The notes under the pieces were generated by a model, which worked only from the letters and a program-made list of their open reading frames with translations, searched no databases and was not told where the DNA came from. Of a stretch of DNA of 64,000 nt, positions 9,656 to 19,375 are shown piece by piece. The stretch spans positions 1 through 64,000 of the IMG/VR virus record IMGVR_UViG_3300014031_000001; one strand, 5' to 3'. Every line of letters begins with the position of its first letter. Position 1 is the stretch's first letter. Source of the DNA: a virus (Duplodnaviria; Caudoviricetes). A program made the translations under genes and the position numbers.

Positions 9656-10087
9656 ATGAAGCCCCCATTCGACGCGGCGACGAGGGAGTTGGTGGAGATG
9701 GATGGCAAGGTCTACCAGAAGGGAAACGACCTCGGCGGAAAGCAGTACAGCCCCGCGGAAGAGCAGCTCCTGCAGCTGCTCACAAACAAGCTAAAGGCAC
9801 GTGACAAGAGCCACTTCCCGGAAGACCATCGGCTTGACGCCCACTACATCGGGGCGACCAGGCCGCGCGACTACATCCCGCTTTACGTCAAGGCGGCCGG
9901 CATGATCTACGAGACAGCTCGCGCCCTCGCCCAGATGACGCACGACAGCCGCCGTCTTCAAGAGAAGGGCGTGCTGTCGTGGATCGAGACGATGACTGAC
10001 TTTCGCATCTACGAGAGTAGGGGGGTAGAGGCGCCGACGCGTGCCGAGGCCGCCCAGGCGTTGGGGGAGGCCCCCCGTGACGACTAG
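9656..10087 (+). CDS. hypothetical protein
   Basis: AAGGAG RBS. Confidence 0.65.
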   Translation: MKPPFDAATRELVEMDGKVYQKGNDLGGKQYSPAEEQLLQLLTNKLKARDKSHFPEDHRLDAHYIGATRPRDYIPLYVKAAGMIYETARALAQMTHDSRRLQEKGVLSWIETMTDFRIYESRGVEAPTRAEAAQALGEAPRDD

Positions 10088-10231
10088 CCGGCCACCAAGA
10101 GAGCCCTGGCAGTGCCGGGGCTGCGGGGAAGACCTCGGCTACCTGGGTCTTTTCTTCGACTGGATCTTGCACCGCACGCGGTTTGCCCACCGCTGCAGAA
10201 AAGTAGAAATTGTTGTAAACGAGGACAACGC

Positions 10232-10747
10232 ATGAAGCTGTTTAAGGTCGACAACCTCGCGGACTGGTTCGTCCTCAGCCACTCCAACGATCAGATGGTG
10301 CCCACGCGCCTGGGCGGGGTCTACGCCTGCAGCGGCAACAGCGCCTACCGTTTTGCCTACAGCAGTGAGGACATTGCCTGTTGGAAGACCGAAGAGGCCG
10401 CACTAAAAAGCATCGCTGCCGCCAAAGACGTCGATCAGTGGAAGGCGGTGCCGGCTGCCGACGACTTCGACTGGGAGTACCGCTTCATCCGTGACCGCAA
10501 AGGCGGCAGGTACTTTGCCAGGAGCATCGTCGCCAAAAAGGACGCCAGGACCGCGCTGAAGTGCCTGAAAGAAGAGGTCAGCTACGCGAAGAGCTCTGTC
10601 GTGGAAGCGCTGCGCGTCGAGCGCAATGCTCGCGCCGCGCGCGTTAAAGAGGGAAAGGAGCTGAAGGAGCTCGAACGTTACGCAGCGTCCTATCTCAAAA
10701 AGAACCCGCCGACGCGCAAGAAGAAAGCAGCAGCCAAGAAGAAATGA
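10232..10747 (+). CDS. hypothetical protein with basic tail
   Basis: GAGG RBS before ATG 10232. Confidence 0.6.
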   Translation: MKLFKVDNLADWFVLSHSNDQMVPTRLGGVYACSGNSAYRFAYSSEDIACWKTEEAALKSIAAAKDVDQWKAVPAADDFDWEYRFIRDRKGGRYFARSIVAKKDARTALKCLKEEVSYAKSSVVEALRVERNARAARVKEGKELKELERYAASYLKKNPPTRKKKAAAKKK

Positions 10748-10765
10748 CCACCAGCGGGAGAACAC

Positions 10766-11422
10766 ATGGAAGTCGGGCAACAAAAGTTCATGTTAGATAT
10801 CGAGACCGCAGGGCTGGAGTTCAAGAAGTCGGGCGCCCGCCTTCTCGAGATCGGCGTCCTTGAGATGGTCTTCAACGGCGACCACTTCCGCCCCGGGCGC
10901 TCCTTCACCCGCGTTCTGCCGTCGTCGGCCCGTGCCTCCGAGTGGGCGGTGGCCAATGGTCAGCAGGAGCTTTACACCGAGGCCAACCGACTCTTCGCTG
11001 AGGTTGAAGACGCCGGCAGCTACTTTGAGCAGGCGCGCCAGGACTTCACGGCCTTCTTTCGCGAGTGCGGCATCACAAAGCCCGAGGACCTCCACCTTGC
11101 TGGCCGCAACCTCGCGGGCTTTGATCTACCGTGGCTCTATTTCTTCGACTTCCTAGCCAAGGAAGACCACCACTACCGCCTCTATGACGTGACGCCCGCG
11201 CTACTGCTCTTTGCCGACGCACAGTACCTCATCAAAGAAGTGGCCGAGGCAGTCTGCCTGGCGCACGCCAAACCTGGTACGCCGTCGTCCACCTACGACG
11301 CCGCGGCGCACACCGCCCTTGGCGACTGCTACCGTCAGGTCGAGGTTGTCAACGGCCTACTCACAATCATGCGGTCGGGCGTCAACGCCGCTATCAAGAA
11401 GAAAGCACTGGCAGACCTATGA
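10766..11422 (+). CDS. DEDDh 3'-5' exonuclease (DnaQ/oligoribonuclease-like)
   Basis: ExoI LDIETAG, ExoII GRNLAGFD, ExoIII HTALGD. Confidence 0.85.
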   Translation: MEVGQQKFMLDIETAGLEFKKSGARLLEIGVLEMVFNGDHFRPGRSFTRVLPSSARASEWAVANGQQELYTEANRLFAEVEDAGSYFEQARQDFTAFFRECGITKPEDLHLAGRNLAGFDLPWLYFFDFLAKEDHHYRLYDVTPALLLFADAQYLIKEVAEAVCLAHAKPGTPSSTYDAAAHTALGDCYRQVEVVNGLLTIMRSGVNAAIKKKALADL

Positions 11423-11597
11423 TCAAAGTCGACGCGCGCCGCCAGGGCTATTTGACGCCTGGCCATATGCTTTTACGACTGGCGCGCTCACCGGCCCTGC
11501 CGCTCTACTTTTGGATCGGCGTTATCATCGGTGTGCTGATTACGACGTCGGCGGCAGCTTTGTGGTTTGACGTACGCTACCTGCTCTTCTAAATAAC

Positions 11598-11624
11598 GCG
11601 GACCCCTCGGTCCGCTTTTCTTTT
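11598..11624 (+). terminator. intrinsic terminator
   Basis: GCGGAC-loop-GTCCGC followed by TTTTCTTTT. Confidence 0.55.
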
Positions 11625-11686
11625 AGGTGCGCTGGTTTTTCTCCTTTGGTAGACTTCGCTTCATCGAACACCAAGGAGTACTCAGC

Positions 11687-11980
11687 ATGGCGCGCACCGC
11701 GAATGATACGGTCATCGACATTCTTTTGAACGACCTGAACAAGATGCAAAAGCGCCTTGACCGCAGCGAAGACGCCGTCGCCTCAGGCCTCCTGCCCCCC
11801 GACACGTTGAAGTACCACCTGGAGACGGTCACCTTTTACCGGGCCGAGTCGAGCAAACTGCGCTCGACCCTGGTGACGCTGTCGAGCGGCGAATCGGCCG
11901 CGACCTACACGCCGCCCGACCGTACCGCGCGGGCTGGCAGCGGCGCGTCGGCGGGCGACGACCACGACGCCTCGCTGTAA
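11687..11980 (+). CDS. hypothetical protein
   Basis: AAGGAG RBS. Confidence 0.55.
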   Translation: MARTANDTVIDILLNDLNKMQKRLDRSEDAVASGLLPPDTLKYHLETVTFYRAESSKLRSTLVTLSSGESAATYTPPDRTARAGSGASAGDDHDASL

Positions 11981-12217
11981 GGGAGGCCCCGTGCTAAAGA
12001 AGCTGGCCTACTTTGCCTGGACGGCCCTCTCGACCAACGTCCACTGCTTGTGGGCGATGGCGTCGCGCCCGAAGGAGTCCCACCGCCTTTGCGACATCAC
12101 GGCGGCGGGGACATCCAAGATCTTCTGTAGCTGCGGTTTTAACAACCGCGGTGTCACCTTCGACCAAGAGATCCAAAAGTGCGTGTCGAAGCCTAGCCCC
12201 GAAACGCGGGCGACGTA

Positions 12218-12523
12218 ATGGACGACGCCGTCGCTACTGGTAAGGAGCCGCCGGTGCCTAGCCCCCCGTTCAGCCGCGAGACCACGATCGCCGCCGGCGC
12301 GATCCTAGAGAAGGCCGTCGAAGAGGCGGCGGCACAGTACGGCCTGCCGCACACGATGTTGGCCTTCTCTGTCGTAGCCGTGCACACGGCCATGAAGATG
12401 GCAAACCCCTGTGCGGCCCTGGAGCTGGTGCGCTTGCAGATGGACCTCATCATGGCGGGTCTCGAGAGCGAGGCTCGCCCTCATTCAAACGAAGCCGGCG
12501 CAGACGGCGCCATCAACACGTGA
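12218..12523 (+). CDS. hypothetical protein
   Basis: TAATG coupling to upstream ORF 11991..12218. Confidence 0.5.
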   Translation: MDDAVATGKEPPVPSPPFSRETTIAAGAILEKAVEEAAAQYGLPHTMLAFSVVAVHTAMKMANPCAALELVRLQMDLIMAGLESEARPHSNEAGADGAINT

Positions 12524-12532
12524 GGTCCTTCG

Positions 12533-12802
12533 GTGGAAGAGCTCCTGCAAGTCGCCGCCAGTCTCGCCGGACGCGACGTCGAGGTCGAGCAGACGAACGA
12601 CGGCCAGTTTATTGCTGCCTGGTTTAGTTTCGGATTGCCGCCGCCACCAAAGGCCGACACCCCCGAGAAAGCCTTACAGGGCTTTATCTCTATGATGTTG
12701 AATATGCCGCCCTCCGACGCTACTATCGAGCCCGACTCACCTGGAGACACTGCCGATGAAGCTCGAGCTGGACCTACCGGAAACGGTGCTGCGCAAGATT
12801 AG
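12533..12802 (+). CDS. hypothetical protein
   Basis: GAGG RBS, tiles with neighbours. Confidence 0.5.
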   Translation: MEELLQVAASLAGRDVEVEQTNDGQFIAAWFSFGLPPPPKADTPEKALQGFISMMLNMPPSDATIEPDSPGDTADEARAGPTGNGAAQD

Positions 12803-13319
12803 GGCCTACCAGGCACTGTCGGGCGTGCACAGCACCACCATTGAGGGGGTCCTCGTGGGCCTTCTGGACGACGTCGTAAGTCTGCGCTGCGCCGAGCTTC
12901 TCGGCCTCACCGCTGTCGAGGTAGCGGCTCCTCGGCCGCCCGCGCCGCGGCGCACTCAGGCGCGCGCCGACGACGTTACCGGCCTGTCCGCAGGGCTCGG
13001 TGACGCTGACCCGGGCGACGACGACGGCGACGTGATTCCGCCGACAGCCGCCGAGGACTTCATTCCGACGCAGGGCGGCCTCACCGAGGACATGCTCGAG
13101 CACGACCTGGATGTCGACGACCCCGACCACGAGGCGGCCGCGGACGCGCCGGCGGCGCGCGGGGGGCGCGCCCCCGAGGACGCCTTCGCCAGCGCCGTCG
13201 GCTACACCGAGGCGCGCCAGGACTTCGGAGGCCTTGACGGCATCCGCGTGCGCAACCGCAAGCAGCTGCCAAAACGTCGTGGGCGCGTCGTGCCGCTGAC
13301 GCACGAGCCGGCCAATTGA
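12756..13319 (+). CDS. hypothetical acidic protein
   Basis: GGAG RBS, 187-aa ORF. Confidence 0.6.
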   Translation: MKLELDLPETVLRKIRAYQALSGVHSTTIEGVLVGLLDDVVSLRCAELLGLTAVEVAAPRPPAPRRTQARADDVTGLSAGLGDADPGDDDGDVIPPTAAEDFIPTQGGLTEDMLEHDLDVDDPDHEAAADAPAARGGRAPEDAFASAVGYTEARQDFGGLDGIRVRNRKQLPKRRGRVVPLTHEPAN

Positions 13320-13714
13320 GCGGCGCTGAAGGCCGGGCTGTGCACGAAGAGGGCCAGGCCTTCGAGAGGTTTTTCACCAAGCATCTGGTGATGCCGGGCA
13401 GCTCGTGTTGGGAGCGCGACGTCCTTAGAGCCTGCAAGGAGCAGCTGTGGGAGAGGTGGAAGTACCAGGCGGAGACGTCGCACTATCGGCCCAGCTCGGC
13501 GCCAGCGTCGGTCTAGCGCTGCGCTTACAGAAGGTCGACCTGGTGATGGCGACCATCGACGGCGTGCTCGCGCTGCACGGTCTGTGGACCGTGCCGGGCA
13601 GTCCGATGGACCGGCTTAGGCGCAGCTACGAAGCCTATCTCAGCTTCTGCCGCACGGCAGAACGCACGGCATCTGAGGTTGCCAAGTGAGTGCTGGTGGC
13701 CTATTTTGTGACAT

Positions 13715-14098
13715 GGGGCTGTAATGGTTTCGACGGAGATTGTGAAGTGCAGCGTGCGTGTCGTGGACGTCCTGGACCACGTAAATACTCGGGGCAACTA
13801 TTACAAGACAACTCCAACGTTGTTCATGTCAATTTCGCGCAAGCGAAGATGGCAAAAGCGGCCTAAAAACCGTTTTACCCGTCGCCAGAGAACGGGTTGT
13901 TAAAAATCTCGGGCAACGCAGACAACGGGCTAGCAGTGCGCAATCTGCAATTAGTCCAGGGATTCCAGTCCTGCTAAAACTGGATGGTGGAGGCGCAGCC
14001 ACGGCGCCCCAGGTTGGCGGACCAGTAAACCGCCTACACACGTAGACCGCTCAGGGATCAATCTTCGGACGCCGGTTCAATTCCGGCCAGCTCCACCA
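13715..14098 (+). ncRNA. ssrA: tmRNA
   Basis: 5' GGGGCTGTAATGGTTTCGAC; 3' T-arm GCCGGTTCAATTCCGGC plus CAGCTCCACCA (Ala acceptor stem with G3:U); internal tag frame 13807..13866 DNSNVVHVNFAQAKMAKAA*. Confidence 0.95.
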
Positions 14099-14117
14099 TA
14101 ACAATTTGATATGATTG

Positions 14118-14192
14118 ATGTAATTTACGTACAGCAAAGAAGAGATGCGGGAGTACCAGCGCGCGTGGATGGCCGAGCGCCGTGCCGCGTAG
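14118..14192 (+). pseudogene. remnant resembling the N-terminus of phage HNH endonucleases
   Basis: Reads M*FTYSKEEMREYQRAWMAERRAA*; no nuclease domain follows. Confidence 0.4.
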
Positions 14193-14210
14193 CCCAAAGA
14201 AAGCCGCAGC

Positions 14211-14372
14211 ATGCTTGAGACCCTGCTCATCGTCCTGATCGTCCTCTGGCTCTTCGGCCTCCTTGGCCCCGTCAACCTGCCTGACTTCAACCTCGGCCAC
14301 CACGGCAGCGCCCACTTGATCCTTGTGGTCATCGTCATTTTGGTTCTCGTGCGTCTGTTCGATCGGCGCTGA
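14211..14372 (+). CDS. small two-TM membrane protein (lmo0937/DUF3309-like), below the ORF-track cutoff
   Basis: MLETLLIVLIVLWLFGLLG...HLILVVIVILVLVRLFDRR. Confidence 0.75.
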   Translation: MLETLLIVLIVLWLFGLLGPVNLPDFNLGHHGSAHLILVVIVILVLVRLFDRR

Positions 14373-14558
14373 GCGCCCACCCACGGAGACCTCCCACATG
14401 TCGGACCAGCCTCTTGTCAATTTGGACGCGGCCGTAGCGCCCGCGCACCCCCATCTGCTGCGCCGCGTCATCCCCAAGCTCGGCCCAGAGCGCCTCGAGC
14501 AGGCCCTCCTCTTGGCCGACGGCTCGCTCGCGTGGCGCCCCATCCCGACTGTCGTCGA

Positions 14559-14906
14559 ATGATGCCCGGCGACTGTCCGAAGTGCGGCGGCGCGCTCTTC
14601 CTTGCCGTCCCTGACGCCACCGCCGCCGGCCAGCGCCTCTACGGCTGCAAGCTGTGCTTTCACACCTGCCAAGCTGACGGCACGCCGTTCGTCGAGTGCG
14701 ACGACCTAAAAGACGTCTTTCGAGCCGCCACCGAGGGCCAGGCTGTCTATGATAAGATGCTGGCCAGCCAGCATTTTTCACCAGCCGCACGCGCCGTGTT
14801 CCAAGCCGAGATCGTCTCCTACGGCCTACAGATGTGGCAGGACGGCTTCAAGCAGGGACTCCTCATGGGCGCGCTAAAGACGACGACGGCGGAGGCGAAG
14901 GCTTGA
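14559..14906 (+). CDS. zinc-ribbon hypothetical protein
   Basis: CPKCGG...CKLC. Confidence 0.6.
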   Translation: MMPGDCPKCGGALFLAVPDATAAGQRLYGCKLCFHTCQADGTPFVECDDLKDVFRAATEGQAVYDKMLASQHFSPAARAVFQAEIVSYGLQMWQDGFKQGLLMGALKTTTAEAKA

Positions 14907-15194
14907 GTCACGAGCTCCATGAGAACATGGCGCGCCTGCTGCGGTGGCCACCCGGCTGGCAGCTCATCGGCATCCGCGACGTGCTGAATGCCATGCAGCT
15001 GCACTTGGGCGGCATTGGCCCGGACAGCGCCGAGCACCTGCCCGACCGCCTGAAAGACCACATCGCCTTTACGCTGTCGCGCTGCTGGGAGCACGTCCAC
15101 CAGCGCGGCGACGTCAGCCCAGAGATCCCGCTTACGAGCTGGCTCGTCACCGAGCTATCCGCTATTCGTTGGCAAATTGAGGAGATAGCCGCTC

Positions 15195-15392
15195 ATGGAA
15201 AAATACAGCTTGGACAAAGATACGTTGCTCGCGAGCCTCCGGGAGGAGGAGGGTGCCCTCATGCGGAAGGTGTCCCACTATATGATGGTCCCGGAGAAGA
15301 CGGCGAGCGAGGCAGCGACCTTGGCGGCGACCGAGAACCGGCTTGGCCAGGTCCGCAGCAAGATCACCGAGCTGGACCTGGCGACCGACTGA
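15195..15392 (+). CDS. small coiled-coil protein
   Basis: GAGGAG RBS. Confidence 0.55.
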   Translation: MEKYSLDKDTLLASLREEEGALMRKVSHYMMVPEKTASEAATLAATENRLGQVRSKITELDLATD

Positions 15393-15725
15393 GGCTTGCC
15401 GGCAACTGCGGCATCTGTGCGGTCGAGCTCGCGCCCGGTGAGGCGCACTTTTGCGCCCCCTGCAGCAACACGCTCTGCATGGGGGAGCGCGTCGAGGCCG
15501 AGCTTGCCGCCCAGGCAGCCCGCCTTTCGCGCGAGGACGATGCTTCGGTCGACGTGTCCGACAGACACTACGCCTGCGACAGCTGCGGCGGGCGCCTTGG
15601 CATGGCCACGCGTGGGCCCCTCTGCGTCAACTCCTCCTGCCCGTCGAAAAAACCTGGCCACCGCTAGGTACAAGAGACATGAAGCCCCTTTACAGCGATA
15701 GCGACCTCGCGGGAGTACACACGCC

Positions 15726-16877
15726 ATGCCCATTCAGTCCATCACCCAGCGCCAGCGCAACACGCCCATCCTCGGCACGATCCGTCTCGGAGAGCGCAAA
15801 GAGTCCAAGTCGGGAGCCATGTATCCGACGACCGTCGACCACTTCGTCCTCACGGATGCGCCCGAGGTCGCCAAGATCTACGGTGAGGACCCGACGCAGC
15901 TCGACATCATCTTCCCGACCGACGACGTCGACATCGTGCTGCCGACCTGGCTGAAGCTCTGGGGGGCCAACAGCCGCGACGCCAAGGGCGCCATCAAGTC
16001 GGGCGACCTGAAGTGCGTCGGCAACGGCCCGGACGCCGAGGGCAAGCCCGGCACGGCCGACTGGTTTGCGCGCCGCGACCCCAACACCCGCGTCGTCCCG
16101 ACGAGGCCTTGTCTTGGCGAAGCCTGCCCCGACTGGAACGACAGCCAGGGGCGCCGCGCCTGTAAGCAGACGATGCAGGTGCTGGCGATCCTGCCGCGCG
16201 TTTCGTGGTTTGGCGTCTACATCATCTCGACGACCTCGTGGCGTTCCATCCACAACTTCCACACGCAAGTCGAGTGGGTCCGCAGCCTCAACAACAACCG
16301 CTTCTCGATGATGCCCTTCAAGATCGTTCGCGAAGAGGAGACGACGTCCTTCATGGAGAAGGGCCAAAAGAAGTCGGGCACGCAGTTCATTATGAAGCTG
16401 AAGCCCAACGAGAACTTCTTCAACGAGCACGGCGGCGAAGTCCAAAAGAAGATGGCGGCCTCCTTCCAGCAAGCCAAAGTCCTCTTGCCGACAGGCGACG
16501 AGCTCCTCCACGAGCCGATGCCCGACCTCTACCCGACGCTCGAGGCCGGTGCGCCGGCGCCGATCGGTGCGCCGGCGGTGGCCACCGACCGCATGGCCGA
16601 CGTCGCTAGCGTCGTCGCCGATCTCGAGGTCATCGCGGCCTTCGACCAGTACGAGCAGGCCATCGGCCGGCAGTTTCCCCAGAAGAGCCGGGAGATCGCG
16701 GTGAAGAAGAAGATCAACGAGCCCAGCATCAAAGCCGCCGTCTTGGCGACCTTGGCGCAGCTCACTGCGGAAGCGCCAAAGCCCAAGAAACCCGCAGCCC
16801 AGGAGCAGCCGCCAACCATCGACATGGAGCCGGCGCCACCTCTCGCCGCGGCGGCCAACTCCGACGGCATTCTGTAA
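15726..16877 (+). CDS. Gp3-like (recombination directionality factor-like) protein
   Basis: LGTIRLGERK...YPTTVDHF...YGEDPTQLDIIFP; central Cys cluster; GVYIISTTSWRS; acidic tail. Confidence 0.7.
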   Translation: MPIQSITQRQRNTPILGTIRLGERKESKSGAMYPTTVDHFVLTDAPEVAKIYGEDPTQLDIIFPTDDVDIVLPTWLKLWGANSRDAKGAIKSGDLKCVGNGPDAEGKPGTADWFARRDPNTRVVPTRPCLGEACPDWNDSQGRRACKQTMQVLAILPRVSWFGVYIISTTSWRSIHNFHTQVEWVRSLNNNRFSMMPFKIVREEETTSFMEKGQKKSGTQFIMKLKPNENFFNEHGGEVQKKMAASFQQAKVLLPTGDELLHEPMPDLYPTLEAGAPAPIGAPAVATDRMADVASVVADLEVIAAFDQYEQAIGRQFPQKSREIAVKKKINEPSIKAAVLATLAQLTAEAPKPKKPAAQEQPPTIDMEPAPPLAAAANSDGIL

Positions 16878-16883
16878 AGCGAT

Positions 16884-16909
16884 GCGGCCCCCTCGGGCCG
16901 CTTTTCTTT
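16884..16909 (+). terminator. intrinsic terminator
   Basis: GCGGCCC-CCTC-GGGCCGC followed by TTTTCTTT. Confidence 0.7.
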
Positions 16910-16982
16910 AGCCTTGAAAAAATCAGGTCCAGGCTTGAAAATGTCGATAAGCCACAGTCGACATTACCGAAAGGAATCACGC

Positions 16983-17402
16983 ATGGATCGCCGCCAGCTT
17001 GCGGAGTTCTACGAAGACGTCTTCGGAAAAATCCGCCGCCTTACCCTCAACAAAAGCCACGACTACACCGGGGCCTCCACCGACCCCTTCGCCAACCTGT
17101 CGGCTGCCGAAAAGCTCGGCATCGTCTCCACCGAGAAGGGGATCCTAGTCCGCCTTCTCGATAAACTGATGCGGGTCAACTCCTTCGTCGACATCGGCGT
17201 TCTTCTTGTCGAAGACGAAAAGGTGGAAGACACCTGTCTTGACGGCGCCAACTACTTTATTCTCTTGGCTGCTTGGATCAGCACCCGCAAAGACCCGACG
17301 GCCCAGGCCGCGGTCGTAGCCGCTATGGAGAAAGCCCTCGATGCCGACGACGCCAAAGCCGCCCGCACCGCGACCGCCCGGGCTCCAAGGAGCAAGCGCT
17401 AA
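16983..17402 (+). CDS. DUF1599-like nucleotide-modification-associated protein
   Basis: KSHDY...DPFAN...GILVRLLDKLMR...DTCLDGANY. Confidence 0.75.
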   Translation: MDRRQLAEFYEDVFGKIRRLTLNKSHDYTGASTDPFANLSAAEKLGIVSTEKGILVRLLDKLMRVNSFVDIGVLLVEDEKVEDTCLDGANYFILLAAWISTRKDPTAQAAVVAAMEKALDADDAKAARTATARAPRSKR

Positions 17403-17708
17403 CGAGGTCCACTTTGACCGCGACGACGGCGCGCAGTTTGCCGGCCCCGCACGGGCGCGGATCAACGCCATCGTCCGAGACAGCGCCAGTTCGCCGCTGA
17501 CACAAGCCCTCCTGCTGCACCTTAAAAGCGAGATCGAAGAAGTCCTGGCCGACGCCTGGGCCACCCACAAAGAGCGCAAGCTCTTTCGAGGATGGCCCGA
17601 GGTGCGCGTCACCATCGACCCCGAGACCAAGCGCCCGATCGTCACCTGCATGAACGAGGCGGCCGTGCTGCTTGTCGAAAACCCCGAAGACGCGAGCACC
17701 GTTTACGA

Positions 17709-18530
17709 ATGAAGCAGTACCTGGACCTTCTGCGCACCGTGCGCAACGAAGGCGTGCGGCGCCCCAACCGCACCGGCATCGATACCTTTGGCCTCTTTGG
17801 CGCGCAGATTCGAATCGATCTGACGAAGGGCTTTCCGCTTCTGACGACGAAGAAGGTCTACTGGAAGGGCGTTCTCCACGAGGCCCTATGGTTCATCGCC
17901 GGCGACACCAACGTCAAGTACCTGCAGGATAACGGCGTCAAGATCTGGAATCAGTGGGCCGGCAAAGACGGCGAGCTCGGGCCTGTTTATGGACATCAGT
18001 GGCGCCGCTGGAGCAACCTTACCTACGATGACATGGGCCGCTTTGCGCACGCCGACATCGACCAGCTCAAAGCCGTTGTCGAGCGCATCAAGACCAACCC
18101 CGAGTGCCGCCGACTCATCGTGTCGGCCTGGAACCCCGCTGACATCCCCAAGATGGCGCTTCCGCCCTGCCACTGCTTCTTCCAGTTCTACGTGCAGGAT
18201 GGCCGACTCTCGTGCCACCTCTACATGCGCTCGGCTGACCTCTTCCTTGGCTTATCTTTCAATATCGCAAGCTACGCGCTGCTCACCCACATGGTGGCGC
18301 ATGCGACCGGCCTCAAGGTCGGTGACCTGGTCCAAAGCTTTGGTGACGTCCACATCTACGAGAACCACCTGGAGCAGGTCGACGAGCAGCTCACGCGCAC
18401 GCCCACGGATCTGCCGCAGCTTGCCTTCATGGACGACGCCCCGCGCGACCTGTTCGCCCTGCGCGCGAGCCACATCCTGCTTATGAACTACGCCCCGCAG
18501 CCCGCTATCAAAGCCGAAGTCGCCGTCTAG
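17709..18530 (+). CDS. thyA: thymidylate synthase
   Basis: MKQYLDLL, RTG, FPLLTTKK, LGPVYG.QWR, RRLIVSAWNP, MALPPCH, RSAD, FNIASY, HIYENH. Confidence 0.98.
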   Translation: MKQYLDLLRTVRNEGVRRPNRTGIDTFGLFGAQIRIDLTKGFPLLTTKKVYWKGVLHEALWFIAGDTNVKYLQDNGVKIWNQWAGKDGELGPVYGHQWRRWSNLTYDDMGRFAHADIDQLKAVVERIKTNPECRRLIVSAWNPADIPKMALPPCHCFFQFYVQDGRLSCHLYMRSADLFLGLSFNIASYALLTHMVAHATGLKVGDLVQSFGDVHIYENHLEQVDEQLTRTPTDLPQLAFMDDAPRDLFALRASHILLMNYAPQPAIKAEVAV

Positions 18531-18538
18531 GAAAACAC

Positions 18539-19375
18539 ATGGAACAGCCGCGCTACCTAAAAGACCTCGACTACCGGGCCAACGAGCGGCCGAGTGCCGA
18601 CCAGCTGAAAAAGAGGTGGAAGGACCTCTGCCGCAAGCACCACCCGGACGCCAAGGGCGACCCGCGGGACTTTCGGCGCGTGACGCACGCCTTCAACATG
18701 CTCACCGACGCCGACTACCGCCACCAAGACCAGCTGCGCGAGCTGCGGACCAAGCGCAATGCCAAGGGCGACCTGAATCTGCGCATCCAGGTGCCTGTCA
18801 CCTTCGAGGACGCTTTTTTCGGGCGCGAGATCTCAGTCTCCTACAACCGCATCGAGATCGACGGCGAGGGCACCCCCATCGTCAAAACCGAGATGGACGT
18901 CGTCTACCAAAGGGTGGTCCTGCCGGCCGGCTGCGTCGGCGGCCTCGAGGTGGTGATCGAAGGTGGCGGCCACTCGTCGGGCGACGACCGCGGCCTGGCG
19001 CACCTGCTCTTCATGCCACTGCCGCACCGGCGCTTTCGTGTCGAGGGCGCCGACGTCGTCTCGACCGAAGAGATCCCTCTCGACGTCTTGCTGAAGGGCG
19101 GCAAGATCGAGGTGGCCACGATGTACGGCGTCCAGGCCGTGCGCATCCCGGCAGGCACGGCGCCGGGCACCAGGCTGCCCATTCCCGGCTGCGGCGTCCA
19201 GAAGATCGGCGCCCACCAGGTCGAAGTCCAGCCGCGCTTTCCGACCAAGGGCGAGCTGCGCGGCGCTGCCTGGAAAGGGCTCGAGGTCGACTGGGGCGAG
19301 ACCCCGGCCGAGCGCGTCGTGGACGACGAAGCCGAGCAAATGATGAACCTCTTTAAAAAGCTTGGAGGTGCCTGA
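18539..19375 (+). CDS. DnaJ/CbpA-like co-chaperone (J domain plus DnaJ C-terminal domain)
   Basis: HHPD motif; VTFEDAFFG; H..F.V.G.D; GG.IEV.T.YG...V.IPAGT.PG. Confidence 0.85.
   Translation: MEQPRYLKDLDYRANERPSADQLKKRWKDLCRKHHPDAKGDPRDFRRVTHAFNMLTDADYRHQDQLRELRTKRNAKGDLNLRIQVPVTFEDAFFGREISVSYNRIEIDGEGTPIVKTEMDVVYQRVVLPAGCVGGLEVVIEGGGHSSGDDRGLAHLLFMPLPHRRFRVEGADVVSTEEIPLDVLLKGGKIEVATMYGVQAVRIPAGTAPGTRLPIPGCGVQKIGAHQVEVQPRFPTKGELRGAAWKGLEVDWGETPAERVVDDEAEQMMNLFKKLGGA

Noticed and set aside
14060-14098. Separate tRNA gene
   Set aside because: The T-arm and CCA pair with 13715-13721 as the 3' end of tmRNA; there is no anticodon arm
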